The translations under genes and the position numbers were made by a program. Under the pieces are notes generated by a model, which had not been told where the DNA came from, made no database searches, and saw only the letters and a program-made list of their open reading frames with translations. A DNA stretch of 64,000 bases from Balanoglossus misakiensis (lineage: Eukaryota > Animalia > Hemichordata): contig CM082590.2 in NCBI GenBank assembly GCA_040954595.2, forward strand, positions 11,062,088 through 11,126,087, in the 5' to 3' direction. This document shows, piece by piece, positions 47,361 to 61,500 of the stretch. Position 1 is the first letter of the stretch. Each line of letters starts with the position of its first letter.

Positions 47361-49545
47361 AGGCTACCAACTGAACGCATTAAGATCGTTGAAATTTGAC
47401 CACCTGCTGTATCCAAAAGGAGTAAACAGACGTGTAATTGTAATGCTGTATTTCCATAAAATTCACTGCTAAATTAAGCTCAGCATGGAAAAAAAGATGT
47501 TGATGGGATTCAGTTTGTTTTAAAATTAGTCTGAAAGTAGTTCAAGCAGTGCTAATGTGTTGTATACACTTCAAGAGAATCTGTTGCTATAGTTGATATA
47601 AAGATTAATCAACTGTTACACCACTTGGTGTTAGTGGGGTATAGTTGAGCAGATGCAACTAAACCCTAATGGCTGATTATATATTTTCAGAACAGTGCAT
47701 TACGCGTTATATTTTCCTACAGAGATTATTTCTAAGAAATATGTAACCCTGACCACATCTATGGATATTTTCAACGAAAATCCGGCCGTTACATACAGAG
47801 CAACATGAAAATTTTATGTGAAATTGAATTTAGTTATGTACATTGCAATTTCATTACTGAACAGGTACCCTTTTTACTGAAAACTAGTTCGACGCGATGA
47901 GTGGGGAAACAGATGTTTTGACCAGGAATTAGGGTCGGGGATTTGAAAACACGACGGAGTTGTCAGAGTGAAGGGAGCGTAACCACAGGAAGCCCTAGAC
48001 TCTAGAGTGAATACAGTTGCATCCGTGTAGGGCCTCCAGTGGTTGATTTAAGGGCCTGTGGGCATAACCGGACAAGCCCCTGCCAACCCTGGGGGGATGG
48101 ACGGCTATGTTAAACCTTATCTCTGCTCGGCAGAGCCGGGCTGTGTGTTTTTATACCGACTACTAGTATGCTGTTGTTGGATGCCCCAGCGCAGCCTCAT
48201 CATATCAACAACAATGATGCAAAAATAGAGTCTCACCGTAGTTTTCATGTGAATTCAGTCTGCTACTTGAAAGGGTGGGGATTGGGCATCCTATATTGAC
48301 ATAACGGGCGTTAGTTGACCGGATTTGGCGAAGGTTTGATGCAATTTCGGGCTGTGTACGCATACATCTGGTACTAGAAAGAAAACAAACAAACAAACAA
48401 ACAATACACGTGAGGTTAAAGGTCAATAGTGCGCCCCTAGTGGTAGGATAAGGCCATTGTTATGACGAGCGCCGCCAATGCGATCATATTTACGATTACT
48501 TTGTTTAAAGTCGTAAGAGGGGTTCTGAACGCAATGAGTTAGCCTTTCATTCTCCACACAGACTGAGAGGATAACTTTAACCAAGCTAATAAGTCTAACC
48601 GATACTTTTAAAATAGCTTGACAATGGTCTAGCTTAAAAATTATCCACATAAGGTTTTGCGTTCCCTGAGTGTGTTGTTGAGCAATAAATAACTTAACAA
48701 CACACTCAACTGGACGACAAGAGGAAGTTTATCTTTTTGAGTAAAGATATACATGAACTTTTCTCTTTCATTTAAATCAAGAAAGCCAGGATTATATAAA
48801 CTTGTGGATGAAGATAGAATTGCTTTGTTTCACATCGTAAGGAACATTTAGCCAATTCTCGCTCTTTCCAAGTGAAACTGCCAATAAATCTTGAAAAATG
48901 TGTTGGTGAGGAGAAGGCTTAGCGTCAGATTTAACGTTACAAAGCAAAGGTGGTCAAATGTTGACGACAGTGCAATAAATAAAGCCACAAGAGGAATTTT
49001 CATTGTAGGGATATCATGTTTTTTTTATTTCCATCTCTTTAAGAAATAATTTTCACTGTAGAAACATAAAATGAAGTCCATACACAAAGCATGATGCATG
49101 ATTAAACTTGCATATTTGAATTTTTTATAATGATTGCATATTTTAAAACCCCCCCCAATCAATTCTTTTTCATGCTTTAATAAACTGTGATTTTTGTTTA
49201 TCTACAAAAATTGGTTGGCAGTTCATTCTAACATCAAGTGGTGATCTGAAACTTATAGGTGGTACTGTTCATTATGGTAAATTTATGCCCAGCTGACTGT
49301 TTAATGTTAACACTTGGAAGCACCGAAATACTAGCAATTACAGACAAAGGTTTTGGAATGCTCATCTCAGATTGTTTTTAAAGAGACATGATACAAACAA
49401 TATCTAAACCGGCAAATAAATAGGAAAGATGACATTAAAAAGCATCTTGAAATGGAATTTGCAATTTGAGCTTTTGCCCCAAACTTTGCTCACATTGATA
49501 TTCACACAGTAATGTTTGTCTAACAAAATCTGCTCTTTGTCTATA

Positions 49546-52500
49546 CTACCACCATTTTGGATTCCAAAGATTTCCATTCAAGTTGCGCTCTGCCATTTCC
49601 TGATGGTGACTATTCTCTTCTTCTGTATGTTTATCTTTTATGTACGGTTCCTGTTCTGTGTTTACAAGTCGACAGACGAGTTGCAACAGTTGTGTGTGTT
49701 GTTCATCTTTTCCCTGTAGAAAAAGAGTCACAGATCAAAATGTTTATTCTATTTACTCAACTTTGATTCGACTTACTTCAACTTGACCGACTCAACTGAC
49801 GAGACTCTGCATGACTCACATGGATTGTCATAATTGACTCACTTCATTGACTCACTTCAACTCAACGCACTCTGACTCAGCTCAGCTCTCTTCTTCCCGA
49901 CCCTCACAAAAATATAGATGTCAAAAAAAACACTTACCACATTTGCCATGTCTTCCACTGTCAGACACTCCATAATCATTTTGTCTATCTCTTCAACGAC
50001 ATCCAACAGTAACTCTGCATCTTTCGCTGTCACATAAAATGTCAACTTATCACTTCCATCTAACACCAACTTCACCACTGGTCCAGATTCAGTGTCCTTC
50101 CCTTCGAAATATTTTGCTGTAAAACACGGATGTGTTCTCTGTTATATTTCAAAATTTCAACAAATGTGACCAAGGTTGACTGCTTATATGTTCGAACATC
50201 ACTGTTATGTAAACAAGAGAGGCACACAATATACTATCATATCATTATATACTGTAAGAAACTGAATTTTATAGGTATGCTCGATCAATTGTAGATGAAG
50301 GCAAACAGACTACACTGATACTCCCAAGCAAGAAGGACAAGAAATGCAGATAGTAAACATGGATAAACAAAATAGTTTTGAAGTCATCAAAAATTATTGG
50401 GACAGTCCCCTTGCCAAATGATTCCTAACACAAAGAAAAACGCAAATGTGTATATGCTAGACAGATTCAAGACTACATCCTACCGTCTCCTGCCTTGACT
50501 GGCAAGACACTAATTGATTTCCCGGCAAGGCAGATGATTGCCAGTGGATGTACCATGGAACAATCTCGGATAAATGTGGCAGTAGATTTGGTCTGTGAAC
50601 AAATAAAACAAGTTTCACATTTTCTGTGCTAAGATGTACCATAGACCCTGGAGCGAAAAGGACAAATGACTGTGGCTGTTTGTTAGAAGCAGCGTCTGCA
50701 GTAATCTGTCATAAACATAGCATCACCAGATAGGCCAAGCAGATCATATCATAGTTTCACGCGGTTTGTGACTTTGCAAATTATCATGAAACCTTGATAT
50801 GTGACTTTGTGAGACTGATCACCCATGCGAGTTTGTTTGTCGTTAAACAGTCAAGTAATAATCCCTCAGTAGAATAGAAAGATCAATTTTTTATTCAGAG
50901 TGTTGTACCAACTCACCTTGGTGAAGTATACTAACCATCTGTGGGCAAACGTCTTTTCATCTGAGTTCAACGACCGGGAGTGTAAGAGTATACGATTGTT
51001 CTCTCTGTGATGCAAAAAACATAGAGTGGTTACTAGTGACTACATTTTTTTGATCAACAGTGTTTTCATTTGGGTCACCAGTTTGATCAAAGAACATAAG
51101 TAACATGCACTTGTTTTAATTGGTCGAAACCATCCAGTCAAGGGACTTCCCTAAACTGTGTGCCTTTATAGAGATGTGGTCTTTGTAGACAGGTCAGTTA
51201 ATGCACATGTTAATTGCACAGGGATTGCAACAACATGGCCACTATAGACATGTCTACAGATGGTCACTAACACAACGTTTGACTGTGCAGTTTCACTGAA
51301 TGCTAAATAATTATCTCAGAGTATCAAACAATGAAAGTCAGTTGTCTTGCACATCATGAAACATGCAAGTACTATATAACGATTTTCATACAGTCCCAAT
51401 ATTGTATCAAACACACTTACAGATCTTTACAGATGACATTGTTTGGTTTGAGTTTATCATTAATAATCTCCCCTCTCCTGATGGTCACAATATTTGGATA
51501 TAACGCTGCAGCCAAAACACCCTGGCAACAAGAAAAGATTTACGCAATTTCAGAAATAATGGAGACTTTTTAAGCATTGTGACATTCTCAGCGCTGTTTG
51601 AAACACACAAAAGATTTCATTAAAGTTACAGTTATAATTTCTAATCGCAAGGAAGGAATAAAATCTCTCCTTTTCATGGGCTTATCTGAATTATTTTATG
51701 AATCTTGAAGTGCAGAGAATATAAAAAGTAGAATAAAACTAGAAACACTTACAGTAATCAAGTTGTTGTTGTCGCTGTGAATATTACAAGCATCATACTG
51801 ACTCAAACCACTTTGTTGATAATACACCATGCCTGCATCATACAAGTTATCTGAGAACTGTCTTCTCAAACCTGAAAAGACAACAAAATAATACAAGTTT
51901 CTCTACATTCAGCTGAAATTGCTCTTACTTGTTGTCAGTCAACTTGTTAAGATGTTCCGTCAAGTGTCTCAAAATTCAAAGAAAGCATTTTCTAGGGTCA
52001 TCTCTCCAGAGTAAGGAAAACAGTCATAAACACACACACTCAGAAACCTTATTTCCTTTAACAAATTTGTACATTCAAAGCAACAGTTTCACACCTCGAA
52101 TGAAACTAAGGCTGCCATGATGGAGATGATTCTGTCTGGCAAACATCCAACCATCCTGTCGACTCATTTGAGAATATTGCTGCCATGTGTTGAAAGCATT
52201 CAGTTGACTTATGTGGTCACTACGCGATCCACCAGCAAATTGCTGTCTGACCTGAGTATAAAAAGAAGAATGTATAAAAAAGTTCATCAGTCATGATAAG
52301 AGGGTCCTTAATTGTTATCCGAAAGGAAATGTGCAAGACAAACAACAGTATGAAATGAAATCCAAACTCAAATATACCACAAGTACCTGAGAGACTTCTG
52401 ATCTGTTTTCCGGGGTATCGATGTACGGATCTCGGGAACTCAGACTGGATGTGATGGTAAGTATGGGATCAACACATCTGGAAAGAAAACAAACACTCTT

Positions 52501-55500
52501 CATGAACAGACCCCTCTCTATTCTTATATCAGGAGATAACCCCCTGGACATGTACCATCCATACATGTTCCAACCACCAATCAAAGCTGGTGTTGGGGAT
52601 ACAGTTTAAGCAAGTCAACAGGGGGTAACTGTCCTAGAACTTCCAAATGTGCAAATATGGACATAAGCTGAATTCTGAGCAGATCATCACAGTGTGGGTC
52701 TCGAGTCGAACAAGAAACTGAAGTTTGATATGGATGAATTATATAAATAAAAATAAATAAATGAATGAAGTGGCTATGGTACCAAATGGGGCTAAATTAA
52801 GACAAGTTTCAATAAGTCGACAATCCACAACTCACCTGAAAATGGCAGAATAAATAATGGCTTTAGCAAGTCGAGGATCAGTTGTAATATGTGCCAATTT
52901 TTGACCCAAGGCAGTCAGGTTTTCATTCTCATCTAGGATGTCAAGGTCTTCCAATAACTCGACAGCTTTCTCAACTAGAAAATGGAAATGTATCATAAAA
53001 CATATATATTTACTGGCCATGTTGAGAAAAGGTACACAACAGAGAATATATCTTCTTACACTCCAGGCACGTCGAGAGCATGGGATCAGAGTGTGAGAAT
53101 CCTGTGTGTACATCAACCGTACCCACCTGCTTCTGGGGATGGAGGTTCCAGAGCTTTGCTGAGGAAATCTTCCACCATTGTACCAGGAGTGTGGACTTTG
53201 GTTTCGACCACGAGTTGTTCTAGTGGCACTCTCAACATCTCTGCCAGTTGGTACTCATCTGGATGATATAAGGTAAAAAGTTATGTGACTCCTGGGTTGT
53301 AACAACAAGACATACAATGCACTGTATAATGCTTGCTTTCCATTTGATATAACACACTTTAACATCAATTTTGGTCTCCAATCTGTGCACTGCAGACCAG
53401 ATACATATCACCACAGCAATGTAGTTTCAACCAGTCAGTCAGGAACCAAGGGGCACATAAAGGTTTATAACACGTTCAACGCCAAAGTCAACTTGTCATT
53501 ATCACAGAACAAATTTATTCTCTCATAATTTCTTCCACATTTTTGTCAAAATTCTGATTAAAATCTGCAGGCAAGGTGAGATTGTATCTACCTGGTCCAA
53601 AAGTAAGGATCAGATCAGACAAAAATGAATAAAAACAACAAAATGTTGCACGAACATTTTGACTGGATCACTATTTCACTGACTCACCCATTTCATTGAG
53701 TTTCTCTCTTGTAAATAAATGATAACATTCTCCCGGCTGACATCGACCAGCTCGTCCCCTTCGCTGTCGAACGCTGGCACGCGAAATCCAATGAAGATCT
53801 AGACATGATGTCTTTTTGAGAAAAAAACATGGACTAGTAATTTCAACTTGTTTAATATTTCTAGCATAATACTTCATATTACTGAAGATGCTGGCGTGGC
53901 TACCATAATTGATTCAGGGTTTGGTGTCCTGCCTCTCAGAAAACACGCACCAAAATTCTTCATTATACCAAAGTCTTACGGAAGAAAGTCTAAGATTTCG
54001 TCACACTTCATCTAACCAACTGTTTACCGGTTACAAGAGTGCAATTTCTCACAGAATAACAGTAGACAACAGAAAACAATGATCATTATTTCTTGAAACC
54101 AAAAATTATGAGGTCTTTTTTGTATGGTATAGTCAGAGAGAGAGAGAGAAAGAGAGAGTAGACTTGAAAATTTCAAGGTATTCGACAACTTTTGCCAATT
54201 CTGAAATTTCTCAAAAGTCCAAAATCACTCACCCCAGTTTCAACATTGTAGCTGAGTTCCTTGTGGTTGCCAGCATTGACCACATACACGACATCATTGA
54301 TTGTAATCGATGTCTCTGCTATATTAGTGGCAAGAACGACCTTACGGATATCATCTGGGGCTCTGTAAGTGTCAGTAAACAATGTCCATAAGAACGGTAC
54401 ATAACACAAGAACATATTCACATAGACTTTATATTGTGCCTTGGAACAGATTTTCAGAAATCTGATAGGTATACAGTCCTTAAAACCTTGCTTTATGTCA
54501 ATTATGTGTGAGAAGTCTTTTTAAAAAACAAAGATGAAAACTTGGTGTTCAAACATTAGGTCGGCGTCCATCTTGAATTTCAAATCTGTAACAATTTTTT
54601 CCCTTATTTGACAAAAGTTTTCACAGAGAATCCTAATTATTATTCTTTTATTTTAAGAGAAAATAATCATATATTTTAATCCATTTCTAAATCCTGGTTG
54701 TATTACCTTTCAAAAATGGCCTGTTGTTGTGAAACAGGAACACTAGAATGCACAGGAAACAACCAATGTTTTCCGTCCTGCCAAAAAAGACAAAAAAAAG
54801 AAATGCATCTTGTTTAGAAATTTGAGCCATCTCATAGCATTGTTAACCAGTGAACAGCAACTTTCCCAGGTATAAAGTTTGTATTTCAGAACCTTGATGA
54901 TATCAGAGAGATAAATAATGATAACTGTTAATGAATAATGAGAAATTATCACCGCATTGACTAAAAATAAGACTTTGTAAGCTAGAACCTTGAGTAATTT
55001 TGACTTTGTAGGTTGTAAAATTAAGAACCTCAAGTTTTGGTAAGAACCTTAGAATGGGCATATGACTATCGAATTAGAATGTGCATCTTTTTTTTTCATC
55101 TTCACACAAGAAAGTATTTGAAGGAACATTTTTACAGAAAGCTCACTCACCTTTGGCCACATTTCCTGTAGTTTGTTTTTCACAGTCACGATATCTTGCC
55201 AACCAGGAAGAAAACACAATATTGCACCCTTCAAGGAGAAAATGAATCCCAGTTTCTTATAAGTTTCTTAAAAATCTTCCAGGAAATAATGTACAAATCA
55301 AAGCATTGGATATGTTGTAGGCAAAGAAGCCAAGACTTACATGAGGTTTTGTTGCAGCAATGAAATCAATTGTATCTGCAACGAGATCCCAATCTGTGTC
55401 CGGTCTTTTGTGTCCATTCCTTCCATTGGAATTATTCCTTGATCTGTAGACCGCATTGGGAATCATCTTGGATATATCTTCCAGGAAATATTCCTTGACG

Positions 55501-58500
55501 GGATACATTAATCCCGGAACACTGATGATTGGACAACTGTTAAGAGGAATTAACGTAGTGAAAAAAAGGATTGAGAACAAAACCATGGACAAGCTTATTA
55601 ACAGATTCCTAAGTGCAAAGTTTTCACTGGTCCATGATGGAAGCTCATTCTGACCTCGAACCACTATGTTTTAAGACGTTTGCTTCGATATTAATACCAG
55701 ATTTGAAAACTTGCAGCTACGGTATTAATTTATCATCCCGTCAAACTTTCTAAATCAAAGATAAAGCAATACTCAATAAATGTTCTCATACTTGTTGAAG
55801 TAACGGGAAAACATCTTGGTATTGATGGAAGCACTCATCAGGATGATTTTGATTTCGGGATTAATCTTGATCAAATCCCGCAACAGGATTAACAAAAAGT
55901 CTGTGTTTACGTCTCGTTCGTGAACTTCATCGACAATCACATGACTGACACCTGCGGAAAAAAGACAAACAGAAAATGTCATGTTTCATCCTCTTCATGG
56001 TGCATCGTTAGGAGTAAATATCATGTAGTTCAACAAGTTCGATACACATGTATGTATGAAAAGGTGGAAAAGGACAAGTCACTCACTTAGACATTATTTT
56101 GGTCATTTTGGCCTCAGGCTAAAAATAGTGGTCAGAAGGTTAACTGGACACAGTCCCTCATTTTCGACAAAATTTTGCTCATTTGAGGTTCGTTTCTTTG
56201 ACTATATGTTCCAACACAAATTTACCTTCCAACATGGGATTCCCTTGCATTTTCTTCAAAAGAATTCCCACAGTACAAAACAAGACACGGCCATGTTCCC
56301 TTGGCAATTTGCTTTCCAGCCTGACTTGATATCCTGCTGTCTGTCCCACTTTCTCTCCTCTCTCTTCCGATACTCTCTCCGCTATGGATATTGCACTGAT
56401 CCGTCTTGGCTAGGGAAGAGTTAAAGGAACACAGTCAGTCACGGTAACTTGGATACTGGAGACCTGGCCAATCAGAAACTTTTAGTTGGTGCCACATAAA
56501 AAAGTGTGACACCACATAATGACGAGAACACTCAGACACACTTCTTCTTAAAATCTGGATTTAACCAGTTCAATCTAGTTAATGCCAGTATCAACGTACC
56601 TGTGTGACAACGATATTACAGGCTGTTCCCTTCCCGCATCTGATATATTCATCTAGAATTATTTGAGGAACTTGGGTTGTCTTTCCACACCCTGTATCTC
56701 CTTCCAAGACAATCACTTGATTGTTGTCAATGATGGAAAATATGTCTGACCTGTGGGAATATAAAGTATGAAACCGTTCATGTATATAAGAACCTGTTGA
56801 CGTAGGTAGAGGTACACACATACTCAATCTGGTTACTGTGTCATCTTTTTGGCAAAAGTGCAGTGCAAATGTCAGTAATGTCCCATTTGACATGTACATG
56901 TACATATCTTTTTTGCTAGTTGCTATGGGCCGTTTTAGTGGCAGTACACAATCTGTTCTGGTTAGATTTGTTCAGAAAAGTCTCTAAGCCTCCAAATGGC
57001 ACCAACGCAAAACTTGAGAACACTGTCAGTGGCCTTGAACCAAGGCAAGTCTGCACAACCGAGATTTACATGTCAACACACATGTACCGGTACATAGGGA
57101 AAATATTGTATAATGCTGAATAATTGTAGGCCAAATTTTGACCGGACCTCGAACAATTTATTGTCCCATTTCAGAACAAAATGCTGAAAATGAGCTCAAT
57201 TAAAATGTGGCATAAACTAAAAGGAAAACGTTACCTCTTGTCTGTCACTGGAAGAGAACAAACAGAGTTTCTTATTTTCAACAATTTTGGTTCCACACTC
57301 TCTTCTATATATCTGAGTCTCTCCTGCAACACAGAGTTCCTCAAAATTTCTTGCTCTTCCGTTAAATCGAAAAACGGTTTCCCAGTAAAAATATCACTTG
57401 GCTGTTTCTCTTTTGCTTCTTCTTCCAAAAATCTGGAGTCTCTGTCATTCCAGTCTTCATGGACTATGTTTATATTTTCTTGTACAAGCTTGGCAGTTGC
57501 GTCATGATCTTCCTGAAAGATGTCAAAATCAAAGATTGTATGCAGGCCTTTGTATACAATATACCTAGGCCCATAAAGAGGGAACTGGGGTTGAAAGGGT
57601 TAATATAAATAGAGGCATGAAATCACTCACTTTTGATGTCGATTTATATTTTTGATTTCTTGTGATTATTTTTTTCTGCTTTGCATCGTTGTTTAGTACA
57701 AACTTGTTTATGTTCACAGATGTCAAGTTGCTCACCACAGAGTTAGAACACAAATACAAGACTCACCTCCCGCCATTTCTGGAAGTAACTTGCGATATCT
57801 TCTTGGAGTTGTGAGTCAAGTCTAATGGAAGTAGGCTGGGTCTCTTTTCTGATAAACTCTCTGATTTCCTGTTGGCTGTAGACACCATATTCCGGCATCA
57901 CTGGTCGGTTTTTTATATCGAGTACTCCAAGTTCCTGTGAACGGTGAACAAGGTTTAATATCCCCTTACAAAACATTTTACAAAAGATACAGCATAATGA
58001 TAGTAGCTAATAATAATTATAACTATTGCTTTCTTTATACATGTATCAAGTAAAAATGTAGTCAGCAAGTTGTTCTCTCGACTTATGTTAATGGAGAAAA
58101 AGCTGATTAAGATAAGGAGGTCATTGTTGATTAAAATGTTAATCTATATCCACATTTATTGCAAATTAGCCATCAATATTTTTCTGGCAAATTATAGGAA
58201 GTTCTGTTGCTGGTCTTCTGGTATTTATTTTTACATTTTTGCTACTCTGTATTAATTCAAACATTTGAACATCAAAAATAACATCCTAATTGCTGGTTTA
58301 ACTTTCAGGTATAAAAATTGACGTTGGTCTTCATGAGATGCATAAAAGAGACAGAACTATTACACCAAATTGTCTCCAGCAGTGTCTGATCCTGGGCCGT
58401 GTGTTTGGCAGGAAAAAACAAGTGTGTACGTGCAGTGCTGTCTGACCCTTGTCCGACAGTTTGAGTGGCGATGTTTGTATGTCCAGCCAAGATAACTATC

Positions 58501-61500
58501 TAGACAAAAATCTTGTGTGTGTGGACACATTCTGTCCAACCCTTGTCCAAGTTACACCTTCTATACACTCGATGTACAGTGTAGATATACTTCAACAATA
58601 TTTCAGAGTAGCACTTGGCAATTAATGGAAGCCTGTCTGTTCAGTGTTTGCAGTTTTTTGTCTCCATGTTAGTTGTTACCCAAAAACAGTTACAAGTCCA
58701 TAACCTCTTAAACTAGTATACATACTCGATAGTACCAGAGCAGAAAATATTTCACTTAAAATATGTCAGTTTTTTGCCAATAGTAAAGTGGTTGGCTGAC
58801 ATGCTATACCAGTAGTTGTCATGGCAACAAATACATAATGAAATAAATAGCAGCAGATCAGCTACTTTCTTGCACCTCTTAATTTTTGATATTTTAATTG
58901 TCTTAATTTTCCTGTAGTTTGGAAGATTCTGAAACATCACTAAACCATTTTACTATTGCCATACAAGACTTAGTTGTATGATATGTGGGCCCACTAAGAA
59001 ATTTGTGTTTGAACAGCAAAGTCAGTTTGATATCAGTGCCATGCCTCGGTTGTTCGGCAGAAAAGAATTCTGACCATTGTTGTTCAGTCGACCTTTGTCA
59101 GGTGTTTTGTACCTCCCCCTATCCTGCAGAACAGCCTACATACTTTTACATAAATTCTTAATATGGCTGTTTGTATCTCACCCAATCTTACATGAAAGTG
59201 ACTTGAAATTTGACAATAACTGGTAAGATAAAAGGCATTGCTGGCTGCACGTAGATCAGTGGGTGTGTTCAGAAAATAGCAGGATCTTTGCTGGAGTGCA
59301 GACTGCAAAAATGGCTGCTGCAAGTGAAACTAAAATTCTAGACGAAATTGGTGAAGATTTCCTGTGTTGTACCATCTGTCTGGAGCAGTTTAGAAGACCT
59401 AAAGTTCTACCATGTCTGCATACATTCTGTGAGCCGTGTTTAACCACACTGGTTAAAAAGACTAGATCTCTAATCTGTCCAGAATGTCGACAGCAGTATG
59501 AGATTCCTGCTAAAGGTATATCAGCTCTCAAGGGCAATTTCTTCATGGCCAATCTAGTGGAAATCTTCAAGCAACGATTTGACTCGGGCACCCAGAAAGC
59601 TCAAGAGATAAAGTGTGAAGGTTGCCAGGAGAATACAGCCACTCACAGGTGTGTAGAGTGCCAATATTATCTCTGTAAAAGCTGCGTTAAGGCACACAGA
59701 AATCTACCAGTCTCACGGAAGCACAGACTTTTGACTATTGAAGAATATGCAACAGCAAAGTCAACCAGTCCTGTAGCATTGCAAGCAGTAGAATATTGCA
59801 GTGTCCACACCAAGAATGAAATTGAATTCTACTGCGAAACCTGCCAAGTACCCATCTGTTCAAACTGTACAATCATTGAACACAGAATACCACAACACAA
59901 CCATAGGTATCTGAAAGACGCAGCAGATGAGTATCTGAGAGACTTGAAAGTCATGGTTGACAAACTGAAAGTGAAAGAACAAGAAGCTGAAAAGAACAAA
60001 AGCCTAGCCAAGCAGGTACAGAGTGACCTCACAGAGCAGCAAAAGAAAGAAGAAAGGCAGGTGAGAATGGAAGCAGAAGAAATCATCAACAAAGTAAAGA
60101 GAGAAGAGCAGAGACTGATAGATGAGCTGAACACCATTTACAAATTGAAAATCAAAACAGCAGCTGCAGATGTTGATGAGATGGAATTAAAACATGGCAA
60201 CATTAAGAGTGCAGTCAGTTATATGGAAATGCTGATGCATCATGGGAATGCTGCTCAACTGCTCACTACAAAGAATGATGCAGAATGTCGCATTCGGCAG
60301 CTGATTACCATGGAAACCAAGCCACAGACACACCATGAGGAAGTTGTATTTCAACCTGGAAAGACATTCAATAAGCTTGGAATTCTGGGAACACTCATCA
60401 CTGAAGTTAATGTCTGCATCTCAAAGTGTACAGTTGAAAACATCCCGAAACAACTCTTGAAAGGTGACTCTGCACACCTGCTGATCACAACCAGAGATTC
60501 CACAGGAAAACAAGTCATCCCAAATCAACCAGTGAAAGCCACGGTAAGAAAACCTGGTGCATCATGGGAAGACATCAAAGTGTCAGATAACAGAGATGGT
60601 ACACACAGAGTGACAGTGAATGGAAAAATGGATGGGAAGTATCAAGTTGCCATGACAATAGGAGATCGACTAATACCAGGCTCACCTGTCATCATACCTG
60701 TCATCAAAGGATTGGTTCAAACCATTGGCAGTAAAGGAAGTGCTAAGGGACAGTTCAACCATCCCAGGAGTGTGGCCATAAACAAAGACAAAGACATTGT
60801 CACTGCTGATAGAGGCAATAACAGACTACAAATAACCACCAGAGAGGGCAGAGTGAAGAAAATCTTGAAATTCACACAATTTAAGGAACCTTTTACTCCA
60901 CGTGACATAACTATATCAAGTGATAATACACACTATAGTTTAGATGACAACTATAGGCAAGTAGTTGTCAGTGATGAGAATGGACGTGTCATCAGATGCT
61001 TTGGAAAGAATGAGCTGATTGATCCATATGGGATATCTATCAGCCCTGTCAATGGTAATGTGTATGTGACAGACAAGGGTGGGGATTGTGTCAGGATTTA
61101 TACACAACATGGCAAATACATCAGGTCATTTGGGTCAGAGGGTGAAGGTAAAGGGAAATTCAATTGGCCCTGGGGAATAGTAGTGGGAAGAAGTGGGATG
61201 GTATTTGTGGCAGACTATGCGAACAGCCGTATCCAGGTATTCAGTCCAGATGACAAGTATTTGTATTCCATTGATTGTCAAAATGAGAATGGGCATCTGT
61301 GCCTGCCTAAGGGACTGGCCCTTGAAAATGATCAATATGTGTATGTCAGTACTAAGGACCCTTATTGCATACTGAAGTTTGAGAGTAGAGGCAAGTTTGT
61401 TTGTCGTATTGATAGTGATGAGGATAGGCTGGACTGCCCAACTGGTATGGCTCTGACAGATGATGTGCCTTGCAGGGTGGTTGTAGCTGATACGTTGAAC

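Noticed and set aside
47660-47670. Telomerase template or telomeric seed (CTAAACCCTAA)
   Set aside because: Single short match to the plant-type repeat, expected by chance.
48430-48445. CTCF site GCGCCCCTAGTGG
   Set aside because: One base short of the core spacing and unsupported otherwise.
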